Of a stretch of DNA of 13,180 bases, positions 7,461 through 13,180 are shown piece by piece (the stretch's first letter is position 1; each line of letters starts with the position of its first letter). A program made the translations under genes and the position numbers. The notes beneath the pieces are model-generated. The model ran no database searches. It was given only the letters and a program-made list of their open reading frames with translations, and was not told where the DNA came from. The stretch comes from Clostridiales bacterium (lineage in GTDB: Bacteria > Bacillota > Dehalobacteriia > UBA4068), in the NCBI GenBank assembly GCA_009783415.1, contig WRHF01000081.1, positions 1-13,180 of the forward strand, in the 5' to 3' direction.

Positions 7461-7489
7461 TTGTATTTGCCCTCGAAATAAGCTATAAT
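7461..7489 (+). promoter_or_regulatory. Sigma-A-type promoter for the small peptide gene.
   Basis: TTGTAT (7461-7466), a 17-nt spacer, then TATAAT (7484-7489). It is divergent from the htpG promoter. Confidence 0.45.
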
Positions 7490-7579
7490 ATGAAATAGCA
7501 CATATGCATAAGGGCGGTGGGCTTACCCCGGAAGGTGGTGATGGTATTAACCAAATCCAGCCTGAAGGAGGTGAAGCCA

Positions 7580-7663
7580 ATGAGTACATATGAAGCGCTT
7601 TCATTAATGATTGCATTCGGTACACTGATTATTTTGGTTCTGAAATTCAGGACTAAAAAATAA
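7580..7663 (+). CDS. Stand-alone small membrane peptide, 27 aa: MSTYEALSLMIAFGTLIILVLKFRTKK.
   Basis: ATG 7580 is preceded by SD AAGGAGGTG with a 6-nt spacer. The peptide is a single hydrophobic helix with a basic C-terminal tail (RTKK). The TAA stop is embedded in the 5' strand of a strong terminator. The gene has its own promoter. The 3' two-thirds of the ORF is duplicated at 9421-9477. The ORF track does not list it because it is under 60 aa. Confidence 0.5.
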   Translation: MSTYEALSLMIAFGTLIILVLKFRTKK

Positions 7664-7698
7664 CCCGCCCTGCTGTCTAGGCTACCGGGTTATTTTTT
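7659..7698. terminator. Bidirectional intrinsic terminator immediately after the small ORF.
   Basis: A 9-bp stem AATAACCCG/CGGGTTATT with an 18-nt loop, then TTTTTT on the plus strand. The preceding A6 run gives a U-run on the minus strand as well. Confidence 0.6.
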
Positions 7699-7739
7699 AA
7701 CTTTGGTAGGACTACCGCCTTTAAAGCGGTTGTGCTATT

Positions 7740-7771
7740 GAGGGGACGTTCACAGCGTCCTCTCGGTTTTT
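7740..7771 (+). terminator. Second intrinsic terminator (plus strand).
   Basis: GAGGGGACG-ttcacag-CGTCCTCTC forms 9 bp with one G-T wobble. It is followed by GGTTTTT. A further small hairpin ACCGC-CTTTAAA-GCGGT lies at 7713-7729. Confidence 0.6.
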
Positions 7772-7804
7772 ACCACAATTTCATTGTAGCATAGCTATAA
7801 TCTT

Positions 7805-7832
7805 TTGTCAATATTTTAGCGTATTTTATCAT
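7805..7832 (+). promoter_or_regulatory. Candidate promoter for the radical-SAM gene.
   Basis: TTGTCA (7805-7810), a 16-nt spacer, then TATCAT (7827-7832). It is flanked by direct repeats TAGCATAGCTATAAT (7787-7801) and TAGCATAGTTATAC (7835-7848). Confidence 0.3.
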
Positions 7833-7915
7833 ATTATAGCATAGTTATACTTTTTCCGACAGCCGGATGGTTGTGCCTAAAGAGGAATAGTCATTAATAT
7901 GAAAGGCGGTGGCAA

Positions 7916-8992
7916 ATGAATTTTGATTTAGAGCAATACCTGACCGATGGAATAGAACAGCTTGTTAAGGATGCGCTGAGGGTTACCTTGAGGAACCCGA
8001 AACAAAGCGGGTTTTTCCTGCGCTTTGCAGCTGCATCGCAAAAAGCAGCCAAGCGCAGGCATGATTTTGAAGAGGCCGGCGAGCATATCCCATCTTTTTT
8101 GATTGCCAGCATCACCGATAACTGCAATCTGGATTGCGCCGGCTGTTATGCAAGGGCAAATAATACCTCTGCCGTAGAGTTACCCGTTTCTACCTGGGAG
8201 CGCATTTTTGCTGAAGCAGAAGAGCTGGGGATTTCCGTCATTCTGCTGGCGGGGGGTGAACCTCTGCTCCGCCGTGATGTACTGGAAGCAGCTGCCCGGC
8301 GGCCGAAGATTCTATTTCCAGTGGTCACCAATGGAACCCTATTGGATGACCCGGCCCTGTACCTGTTTGATACTTGCCGCAACCTTGTTCCCGTTGTCAG
8401 CATCGAAGGGGATGCGGCCATTACCGACTCCAGGCGCGGGCAAGGCATATACATACAGGCTAGGGAAGCCATGGCCCGCCTGCGGGAACGGGGTCTTCTG
8501 TTTGGCGCTTCCATCACGGTAACAGCAGCTAATTTAGATACTGTGACCGATGGCCTCTTTATGGATAAATTGGAACGATCCGGCTGCAAGGTAGCTTTAT
8601 TTGTGGAATATGTCCCGGTGGATAAGGCAGTTCTTCCTTTAGATAATAAAGGACAGGCAACCCTTGCCGTCCGCGTCAATGACTTAAGAGCCCGCCAGAG
8701 GGGAATGATCATAATTTCCTTCCCCGGTGATGAAGCAGAATCCGGAGGATGCCTGGCGGCCGGAAGAGGGTTTTTCCATATCAACGCATCCGGCGGCGCC
8801 GAGCCATGCCCATTCTCACCGTATTCGGATCTAAATCTCAAAGATACCTCGTTGCGGGAAGCCCTCAAATCCCCGTTATTTACCCGCCTGCGGGAAGAAG
8901 GGATCCTTGACGCCAAGCATACCGGCGGTTGTGTACTCTTCGAACAAAAGGAAATTGTAGCAAAACTAGCAACCAACGACGCAACAACATAA
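7916..8992 (+). CDS. Radical-SAM enzyme (CX3CX2C) with GGEPLL and TNGTLL motifs and a Cys-containing C-terminal region. It may be a SPASM- or twitch-like peptide- or cofactor-modifying enzyme.
   Basis: The protein shows ITDNCNLDCAGCYA (Cys triad), ILLAGGEPLL, VVTNGTLL and a C-terminal GGCLAAG...AEPCPF...GGCVLF. About 70 aa of N-terminal extension precede the Cys triad. The gene is more GC-rich than its neighbours; this also produces the spurious 296-aa antisense ORF at 8146..9036. The SD-like AAAGGCGGTGG lies upstream of ATG 7916. Confidence 0.8.
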   Translation: MNFDLEQYLTDGIEQLVKDALRVTLRNPKQSGFFLRFAAASQKAAKRRHDFEEAGEHIPSFLIASITDNCNLDCAGCYARANNTSAVELPVSTWERIFAEAEELGISVILLAGGEPLLRRDVLEAAARRPKILFPVVTNGTLLDDPALYLFDTCRNLVPVVSIEGDAAITDSRRGQGIYIQAREAMARLRERGLLFGASITVTAANLDTVTDGLFMDKLERSGCKVALFVEYVPVDKAVLPLDNKGQATLAVRVNDLRARQRGMIIISFPGDEAESGGCLAAGRGFFHINASGGAEPCPFSPYSDLNLKDTSLREALKSPLFTRLREEGILDAKHTGGCVLFEQKEIVAKLATNDATT

Positions 8993-9093
8993 ATAAAAAA
9001 CAAGTTCTTTACTTCAATCCCGCTTTGCGTAAGCAAAGCTACAACAACTCAACACTCATAACCCATAACTCAACACTGCGGTCGCAGACCGCC

Positions 9094-9369
9094 TTAGAGT
9101 ATTTCTACACTTGTCAGTTCCGCATTTGCCTCCTCTTCCATAAAGCGAATGATTTCAGCCAGCGAACGCTGCCCAAAAGAAGCATCAGAAGATACAAGGG
9201 CAATGCCTATAGTTAATGTTTGCCAAATGTCCTGAGTATCAACTTCAGCAACAGAAACATTAAAACGCTGCCGGGTCTTGTCGATAAGGCTACGCCTGAC
9301 CTGCCTTTTATCTTTCAAGGAAGTTGAATGGGGGATATAGAAAGTTAATTTTGCTGAAGTAATGAACAT
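9094..9369 (-). CDS. DUF503 (YlxP-like) family protein, 91 aa.
   Basis: MFITSAKLTFYIPHSTSLKDKRQVRRSLIDKTRQRFNVSVAEVDTQDIWQTLTIGIALVSSD matches the DUF503 signature (SLKEKR...R.L.......FNVSVAE.D.QD.WQ...IG.A.VS). The SD AAAGGAG lies 7 nt upstream of ATG 9369. Confidence 0.75.
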   Translation of the reverse strand: MFITSAKLTFYIPHSTSLKDKRQVRRSLIDKTRQRFNVSVAEVDTQDIWQTLTIGIALVSSDASFGQRSLAEIIRFMEEEANAELTSVEIL

Positions 9370-9420
9370 TATTATTCTCCTTTATACTATCAAAGCCAGT
9401 AGAGGCTATGTCTAGAAATA

Positions 9421-9477
9421 ATGATTGCTTTCGGAACACTTATTATTTTGATCCTGAAATTCAGGACAAAAAAATAA
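9421..9477 (+). pseudogene. Truncated remnant of the small peptide gene (MIAFGTLIILILKFRTKK).
   Basis: It is in-frame and homologous to residues 10-27 of the 7580 ORF, with an internal ATG only. It has no SD or promoter, and an in-frame TAG lies 7 codons upstream. It is probably non-functional. Confidence 0.4.
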
Positions 9478-9514
9478 CCCGCCCTTTGTCTAGGTTTTCG
9501 GGTTATTCTTTATA
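9473..9514. terminator. Intrinsic terminator. It is strongest on the minus strand and probably terminates the aroQ-fusion transcript.
   Basis: The same 9-bp stem as at 7659-7694. On the minus strand it is followed by TTTTTTTGTCC (7 U). On the plus strand the U-run is weaker (CTTTAT). Confidence 0.5.
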
Positions 9515-9552
9515 ACACCGGTAAGCCTACCGCCTTTAAAGCGGTTGTGCCC

Positions 9553-9585
9553 GAGGGGACGTGCGTAGCGTCCTCTCTTTTTATT
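9553..9585 (+). terminator. Intrinsic terminator, repeat copy B.
   Basis: A 9-bp stem with a 7-nt loop, followed by TTTTTATT. Confidence 0.5.
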
Positions 9586-9692
9586 ACAATATCATTTTAG
9601 CATAGCTACAATGTATTGTCAATAATTTAACTTGTTTCGTTATATTGTTAGAAAATTTACCCATCTATCGGGAGCCCATAAGTTTTATCCGT

Positions 9693-10415
9693 TTATACTA
9701 CTAACAAAGCCCGTAAGGCCAGGATATAGCTTTGGATGCCCAAACCATAAATAGACCCCCGGCATACTGCTGCCAGTACTGAGTGGTGGCGGAATTCTTC
9801 CCTGGTGTGGATATTGGAAAGATGTACCTCTATCACGGGGGTGGTTACGGCGGCGATGGCATCGCGGATGGCCAGGCTGTAATGGGTATAGGCCCCGGCA
9901 TTTAAAATAATTCCGGCATAAGCGCTGCTATCTTGGATCCAGCTAACTATTTTACCTTCACAATTGCTTTGATGGCAGGTTACGGTTGCCCCCAGTTCTG
10001 TTCCCAGCTCCGAAAGGGTTTGATTGATTTGATCTAAAGTGGCGGAGCCATAATGCTCCGGTTCCCGGTCTCCCAATAAATTCAGATTTGGGCCATGAAT
10101 AACTAGAATTTGCTTCATTGGATTATCACTCCCCTCAAGATTTTGCAGCAACTTGGCCTGATACGAGCGGGAAATTCCCATCAGCCCCTGCATAAAGCTG
10201 GTAGCTTCCCCGGTCAATTCCGGCCCAGCCAAAGCGGCAGCTTGCTCAATAACCTCCCGCTCCCGAACAGGGTCGGTCAAGGCCAAGCCGCTATCTCTCT
10301 TAAGCTGTGCCACACCCCGGACAAACTCCATCCGCCGGGTAAAAAGCTCCAAAAGCCGGCTGTCGATTTCATCTATTTGAGAGCGCATGGAGGATATTTG
10401 ACCTTGGTAATTCAT
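9693..10415 (-). CDS. aroQ: Bifunctional fusion of an AroQ-class chorismate mutase (residues 1-99) and a type II 3-dehydroquinate dehydratase (residues 100-240).
   Basis: The N-terminus SQIDEIDSRLLELFTRRMEFVRGVAQLKRDSGLALTDPVREREVIE is an AroQ chorismate mutase helix bundle. The C-terminus shows ILVIHGPNLNLLGDREPEHYG, HQSNCEGKIV, NAGAYTHYSLAIRDA and IEVHLSNIHTREEFRHHS, which are type II DHQase signatures. SD AAGGAG lies 7 nt upstream of ATG 10415. An internal strong SD GAGGGGAG lies 8 nt upstream of M100 (10118-10116). An out-of-frame TGATAA is present at the junction. Confidence 0.85.
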   Translation of the reverse strand: MNYQGQISSMRSQIDEIDSRLLELFTRRMEFVRGVAQLKRDSGLALTDPVREREVIEQAAALAGPELTGEATSFMQGLMGISRSYQAKLLQNLEGSDNPMKQILVIHGPNLNLLGDREPEHYGSATLDQINQTLSELGTELGATVTCHQSNCEGKIVSWIQDSSAYAGIILNAGAYTHYSLAIRDAIAAVTTPVIEVHLSNIHTREEFRHHSVLAAVCRGSIYGLGIQSYILALRALLVV

Positions 10416-10498
10416 AGCTTATCTCCTTGTAGAGTAATGCATAACTCCTACTCCCTACCCCAGATAAACTGGAAAAGAATTCAAAAACAAATTAGACA

Positions 10499-10534
10499 CG
10501 GATCTACGCGGATTAAAAACGGATTAGCACGGAT
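10499..10534. repeat. Four helically phased direct repeats of CGGAT(T) in the aroF-aroQ spacer.
   Basis: aCGGATc, gCGGATt, aCGGATt and aCGGATt start at 10499, 10509, 10520 and 10530, giving spacings of 10, 11 and 10 bp. They are followed by T8. They sit in a 218-bp intergenic gap between two co-directional biosynthetic genes, and no T-box consensus is present. Confidence 0.5.
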
Positions 10535-10633
10535 TTTTTTTATTATTTCATGCATCATTTTGAATCTACATCCTTGCAGGTCAATCAAGAGATGAGGTAT
10601 ATTTTGTGGCTTTTTTTGTTCGAATTTGAGAGC

Positions 10634-11647
10634 TTAGTTCCTAGTCCCTTCAAGTGCTTCTCTCAATTTACGGATATTATAAACAAGCCGGTCAAACTGA
10701 TCAGCAGAAACAGACTGGCCTCCATCGCAGAGGGCTTGTTCCGGATGATTATGTACTTCTATCATCAAGCCATCGGCTCCTGCCGCTACTGCTGCCAAAG
10801 ACATGGGTTCTACCAAATTTCTCTGGCCTGTGCCATGAGAAGGATCTACTATTACCGGCAAATGAGATTTCTCTTTTATAACCGGTACCGCCGAAAGATC
10901 CAAAGTGTTGCGGGTAGCGGTCTCAAAAGTGCGGATGCCCCGCTCGCAGAGGATGACCGGGGCGCCTCCTATCAGCACATATTCCGCTGCCATCAGCAGT
11001 TCGTCAATGGTAGAGGCAGGCCCCCGCTTCAGTAAGACCGGCTTATCCAGCCGGCCTACCTCCTTTAGAAGGGGGTAGTTCTGCATATTTCTGGCTCCGA
11101 TTTGAATGATATCGACATGTTTATCGAAATCGTCTAAATATTCAGCCGATATTATTTCAGTAACTACAGGCAAGCCGGTTATTTCCCTGGCTATTTTCAG
11201 CAAATTCAAGCCTGCTTGGCCCAAGCCCTGGAAAGCATAAGGAGAGCTGCGGGGTTTGAAAGCTCCTCCCCGCAAGAAATTAGCGCCCAGGGACTTTACT
11301 TCCCGGGCAATGCTCAGCATTTGCTCTTCGCTTTCCACCGAGCAGGGCCCGGCTATTATTGCAAAATGCCCGCCGCCGATTTTTTGTCCCCCGCATTCTA
11401 TCACGGTATCGCCGGGATGAAAATCCCGTCCAGCCAGCTTATAAGGCTGAGATACCGGCATTACCCGCTCAATAAAGGGGTAGCGCAATAAAAGATCAGG
11501 GCAAAGGGCAAAGGTATCGCCTAAAAGGCCAAGCAGATGGGTATCCGCTCCCTGAATCTCTTTGACTATCAAGCCTTTGGCGGTCATCATGTTCTTGATG
11601 AGGTCTATTTGAGCGGTTTGGGCATCCGGCCTAAAAACAATGATCAT
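10634..11647 (-). CDS. 3-deoxy-D-arabino-heptulosonate-7-phosphate (DAHP) synthase, type I-beta, with an N-terminal ferredoxin-like regulatory domain; 337 aa.
   Basis: The protein aligns along its whole length with Thermotoga maritima DAHPS (MIVVLKPG...PYKLVSREFHP.DTVI...GYFTIIAGPCSVE...LRGGAYKPRTSPYSFQGLG...IIQIGARN.QN...KPVLLKRG...ILCERGIRTFE.ATRNTLD.SAVP...SHLP..VDPSH). I chose the start MIIVFRPDAQ at ATG 11647-11645, with SD GGAGGAAG upstream. The track's longer 385-aa ORF overlaps the upstream gene. Confidence 0.9.
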   Translation of the reverse strand: MIIVFRPDAQTAQIDLIKNMMTAKGLIVKEIQGADTHLLGLLGDTFALCPDLLLRYPFIERVMPVSQPYKLAGRDFHPGDTVIECGGQKIGGGHFAIIAGPCSVESEEQMLSIAREVKSLGANFLRGGAFKPRSSPYAFQGLGQAGLNLLKIAREITGLPVVTEIISAEYLDDFDKHVDIIQIGARNMQNYPLLKEVGRLDKPVLLKRGPASTIDELLMAAEYVLIGGAPVILCERGIRTFETATRNTLDLSAVPVIKEKSHLPVIVDPSHGTGQRNLVEPMSLAAVAAGADGLMIEVHNHPEQALCDGGQSVSADQFDRLVYNIRKLREALEGTRN

Positions 11648-11660
11648 TCTGCTTCCTCCA

Positions 11661-13142
11661 TTAGCCATTAGCCTGGGCTTTAATTTCTGCAACCTTTTTT
11701 GCCCCCAAAAAGTATTCGGCCACCTCAAGAAAAATCCGGGAAAAACCGTGCTTTTGGTATTCCTTTTTATAGCCTTTAAGAAAATTAGCATCGACTTTCA
11801 GGCTTTCCAGGGTGGCATAAACAAAGTCTTGGACCAGCGGTTCCGGAAATTGATAACCTTCCAGCCCTCTAAGATAGGCCAAATGCTCCAGGCTATCCTG
11901 GTGGGGGTAGGCGAGCAGGCCATAAGGGGAAAATTGGGCGCCGGCAGCTATTGCTCCGGCAAAAGAATCCTCATAGCCGCAGGCCCCGCTCCCGAAAGGG
12001 GAATTATTGATATGCTCATAGCCGGTAATTCCTGATAAAAGATTTTCAAAATCCTGATCTTTTTGGGGATTTTTTTGCGGCACATAATCTGCTATGCCAT
12101 AAATCACTTGCCCCGCCTGATGAAAGGAAATCAAGCTTTGGGCTTTTTCCTCGCCGACATAATAATAGATCCATTTGATCAAGGCTCTTGTTTCCAGGGC
12201 CTGGCCCAAATACTCTCCTTTGTAGAGATTTTCCTTGAGCAATGTTTTGCCATGATCCCAAAAGCCGGTTTCCGGGCCGATATTGTTACGGTTCAAATCT
12301 ATGCCGCTGGCGCTGCCTTTGAGGCCGCCCTTTTTTTGTTCCTTGGGCTTATTGATAACTATTTCCCGGCCATCAGGATTCAGGGAAGGGATCAAGACTA
12401 TTTTAATCTGATTTAGTAATTCCCGGCAATAGGGGTCTTGTTGAGCCTTTTCCAGAATCTCATAAGCCATTTGGATCAAGGCCGCCGTACCAAACTGCTC
12501 TTTGGCATGAACATTGCCAATATAAAGCATAATTTTTCCCCGGCCGTTGCCTATGGTCAGGCTATAAATATTTCTCCCCCCGCCTGTTTTGCCGATCACA
12601 AAAAGCCGGGCCAGCCGGTAGCGGCTGAGATCTTTGATGTATTCTTCCAATTTTTGATAAGTGTAAGTGGTATTCAGATTATATTTTTTAAATTTTTTCG
12701 GCAGGGCATTATCTTTAGGAATTATTTCCTGCCAAACTGTGCTTATCGCTTTATTGAATACTGCGGCATTCATGCCGGCAATTGTCATTTCACCATTAAC
12801 GCCCAGCTCTTTTAATCTGGCATTAGCTTCGGCAAGGCTATAGGTGGGAAAAGATACCTGAAGTTCTCTGCCAAAATAAAGCAAATTGACAGTATATACC
12901 AGATCCGGCCAGGGTGTGCCGGGATAATTATTGTGATATTCTAAATATTCATTTAAATTAGCTTCTTTGTATTCCGGCTCTTTATATAGTTCAGTTAAAT
13001 CCATACTGTGATCCGGGTAGTTTTCATCTGAATCATTTGTGCTTGACAGAGCGGTTTTATCTCCCGGGATATTAAGAAAAATCCCGCTTGAAATCAATAT
13101 GATTCCGGCAATCAGAGTCAAAAGTCTGGCCTTTTTTTTCAT
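11661..13142 (-). CDS. Secreted M14-family zinc carboxypeptidase, resembling gamma-D-glutamyl-diamino-acid peptidases; 493 aa.
   Basis: An N-terminal signal or anchor, MKKKARLLTLIAGIILISSGIFL, is followed by the zinc site HAKE, then NPDG, DLNRN (substrate Arg) and SFHQAG (third zinc ligand His). These are the hallmark M14 motifs in the correct order. SD AGAGGAG lies upstream of ATG 13142. The stop lies 13 nt before the DAHPS start. Confidence 0.85.
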   Translation of the reverse strand: MKKKARLLTLIAGIILISSGIFLNIPGDKTALSSTNDSDENYPDHSMDLTELYKEPEYKEANLNEYLEYHNNYPGTPWPDLVYTVNLLYFGRELQVSFPTYSLAEANARLKELGVNGEMTIAGMNAAVFNKAISTVWQEIIPKDNALPKKFKKYNLNTTYTYQKLEEYIKDLSRYRLARLFVIGKTGGGRNIYSLTIGNGRGKIMLYIGNVHAKEQFGTAALIQMAYEILEKAQQDPYCRELLNQIKIVLIPSLNPDGREIVINKPKEQKKGGLKGSASGIDLNRNNIGPETGFWDHGKTLLKENLYKGEYLGQALETRALIKWIYYYVGEEKAQSLISFHQAGQVIYGIADYVPQKNPQKDQDFENLLSGITGYEHINNSPFGSGACGYEDSFAGAIAAGAQFSPYGLLAYPHQDSLEHLAYLRGLEGYQFPEPLVQDFVYATLESLKVDANFLKGYKKEYQKHGFSRIFLEVAEYFLGAKKVAEIKAQANG

Positions 13143-13180
13143 TTTTCTCCTCTTTTCGAAATTATATTTCTTCAGCCGCC

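Larger units (their letters stand above)
7604..7817 (+). repeat. Copy A of a ~212-bp dispersed repeat: small-ORF 3' part, two terminator hairpins, and a TAGCATAGCTATAAT / TTGTCAATA promoter-like box.
   Basis: It aligns base for base, at roughly 85% identity by eye, with 9418-9628. The stems of both hairpins are conserved. The loop of hairpin 2 differs between the copies (ttcacag in A, tgcgtag in B). Confidence 0.7.
9418..9628 (+). repeat. Copy B of the ~212-bp repeat, a 5'-truncated copy of the small-ORF module.
   Basis: See copy A. It contains the hairpins AATAACCCG...CGGGTTATT (9473-9507), ACCGC...GCGGT (9528-9544) and GAGGGGACG-tgcgtag-CGTCCTCTC+TTTTTATT (9553-9585), and the box TAGCATAGCTACAAT..TTGTCAATA. 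Confidence 0.7.

Noticed and set aside
7425-7625. Track ORF of 66 aa on the minus strand in the htpG / small-ORF intergenic region.
   Set aside because: It overlaps the promoter, the CIRCE element and the small-ORF SD. The translation is proline- and serine-rich with no SD. It is spurious.
8146-9036. Track ORF of 296 aa on the minus strand (MLTQSGIEVK...).
   Set aside because: It is antisense to the radical-SAM gene, whose Cys triad, GGEPLL and TNGTLL motifs are unambiguous. The translation is rich in R, S, A and P and is a ghost ORF produced by the high GC content of the sense gene.
7604-9628. A CRISPR array or insertion sequence as the explanation for the repeated element.
   Set aside because: There are only two copies about 1.8 kb apart, 212 bp long, with a coding remnant. 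There are no short regular repeat-spacer units, no terminal inverted repeats and no transposase.
10416-10633. A T-box riboswitch between aroF and aroQ.
   Set aside because: The conserved T-box sequence (AAUUAGGGUGGUACCGCG-like) is absent, and there is no specifier-loop or terminator architecture.

Overview
Reading the sequence by eye suggests a low-to-moderate GC Firmicutes/Clostridia-like chromosome: strong GGAGG-type ribosome-binding sites, a perfect CIRCE element, and a Thermotoga/Bacillus-type DAHP synthase. Twelve protein genes are supported. On the minus strand, positions 1..2118 hold two tandem paralogous WYL-domain proteins whose stop and start overlap as TGATG. They lie divergent from rtcB (2279..3511, plus strand). 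A highly structured ~500-nt non-coding region follows rtcB. It contains a circularly permuted tRNA-like fold in the order T-arm, loop-capped acceptor hairpin, D-arm. It also holds an anticodon-like hairpin with loop CTGATAA, a second T-arm, and terminator or attenuator hairpins. A cytoplasmic SPFH/band-7 protein (4055..5149) follows. htpG (5311..7359, minus) is preceded by a sigma-A-like promoter and a perfect CIRCE operator. A stand-alone 27-aa hydrophobic/basic peptide gene (7580..7663) has its own promoter, a strong Shine-Dalgarno site and two consecutive terminators. It sits upstream of a GC-rich radical-SAM enzyme (7916..8992). About 212 bp of this module, comprising the peptide's 3' half, both hairpins and a promoter-like box, is repeated 1.8 kb downstream as a 5'-truncated copy. 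The remaining minus-strand genes are DUF503 (9094..9369), a chorismate mutase / type II dehydroquinase fusion with an internal Shine-Dalgarno site and an out-of-frame TGATAA at the junction (9693..10415), a DAHP synthase (10634..11647), and a secreted M14 carboxypeptidase (11661..13142). The most interesting signal is the rtcB locus: a tRNA-mimic RNA, reminiscent of the YrlA Y-RNA, sits directly after an RNA ligase gene that is flanked by a PafBC-like pair of WYL proteins rather than by RtcR or Rsr. A second candidate is the small peptide plus radical-SAM module carried on a duplicated repeat. All calls rest on manual reading of motifs; no database searches were run.
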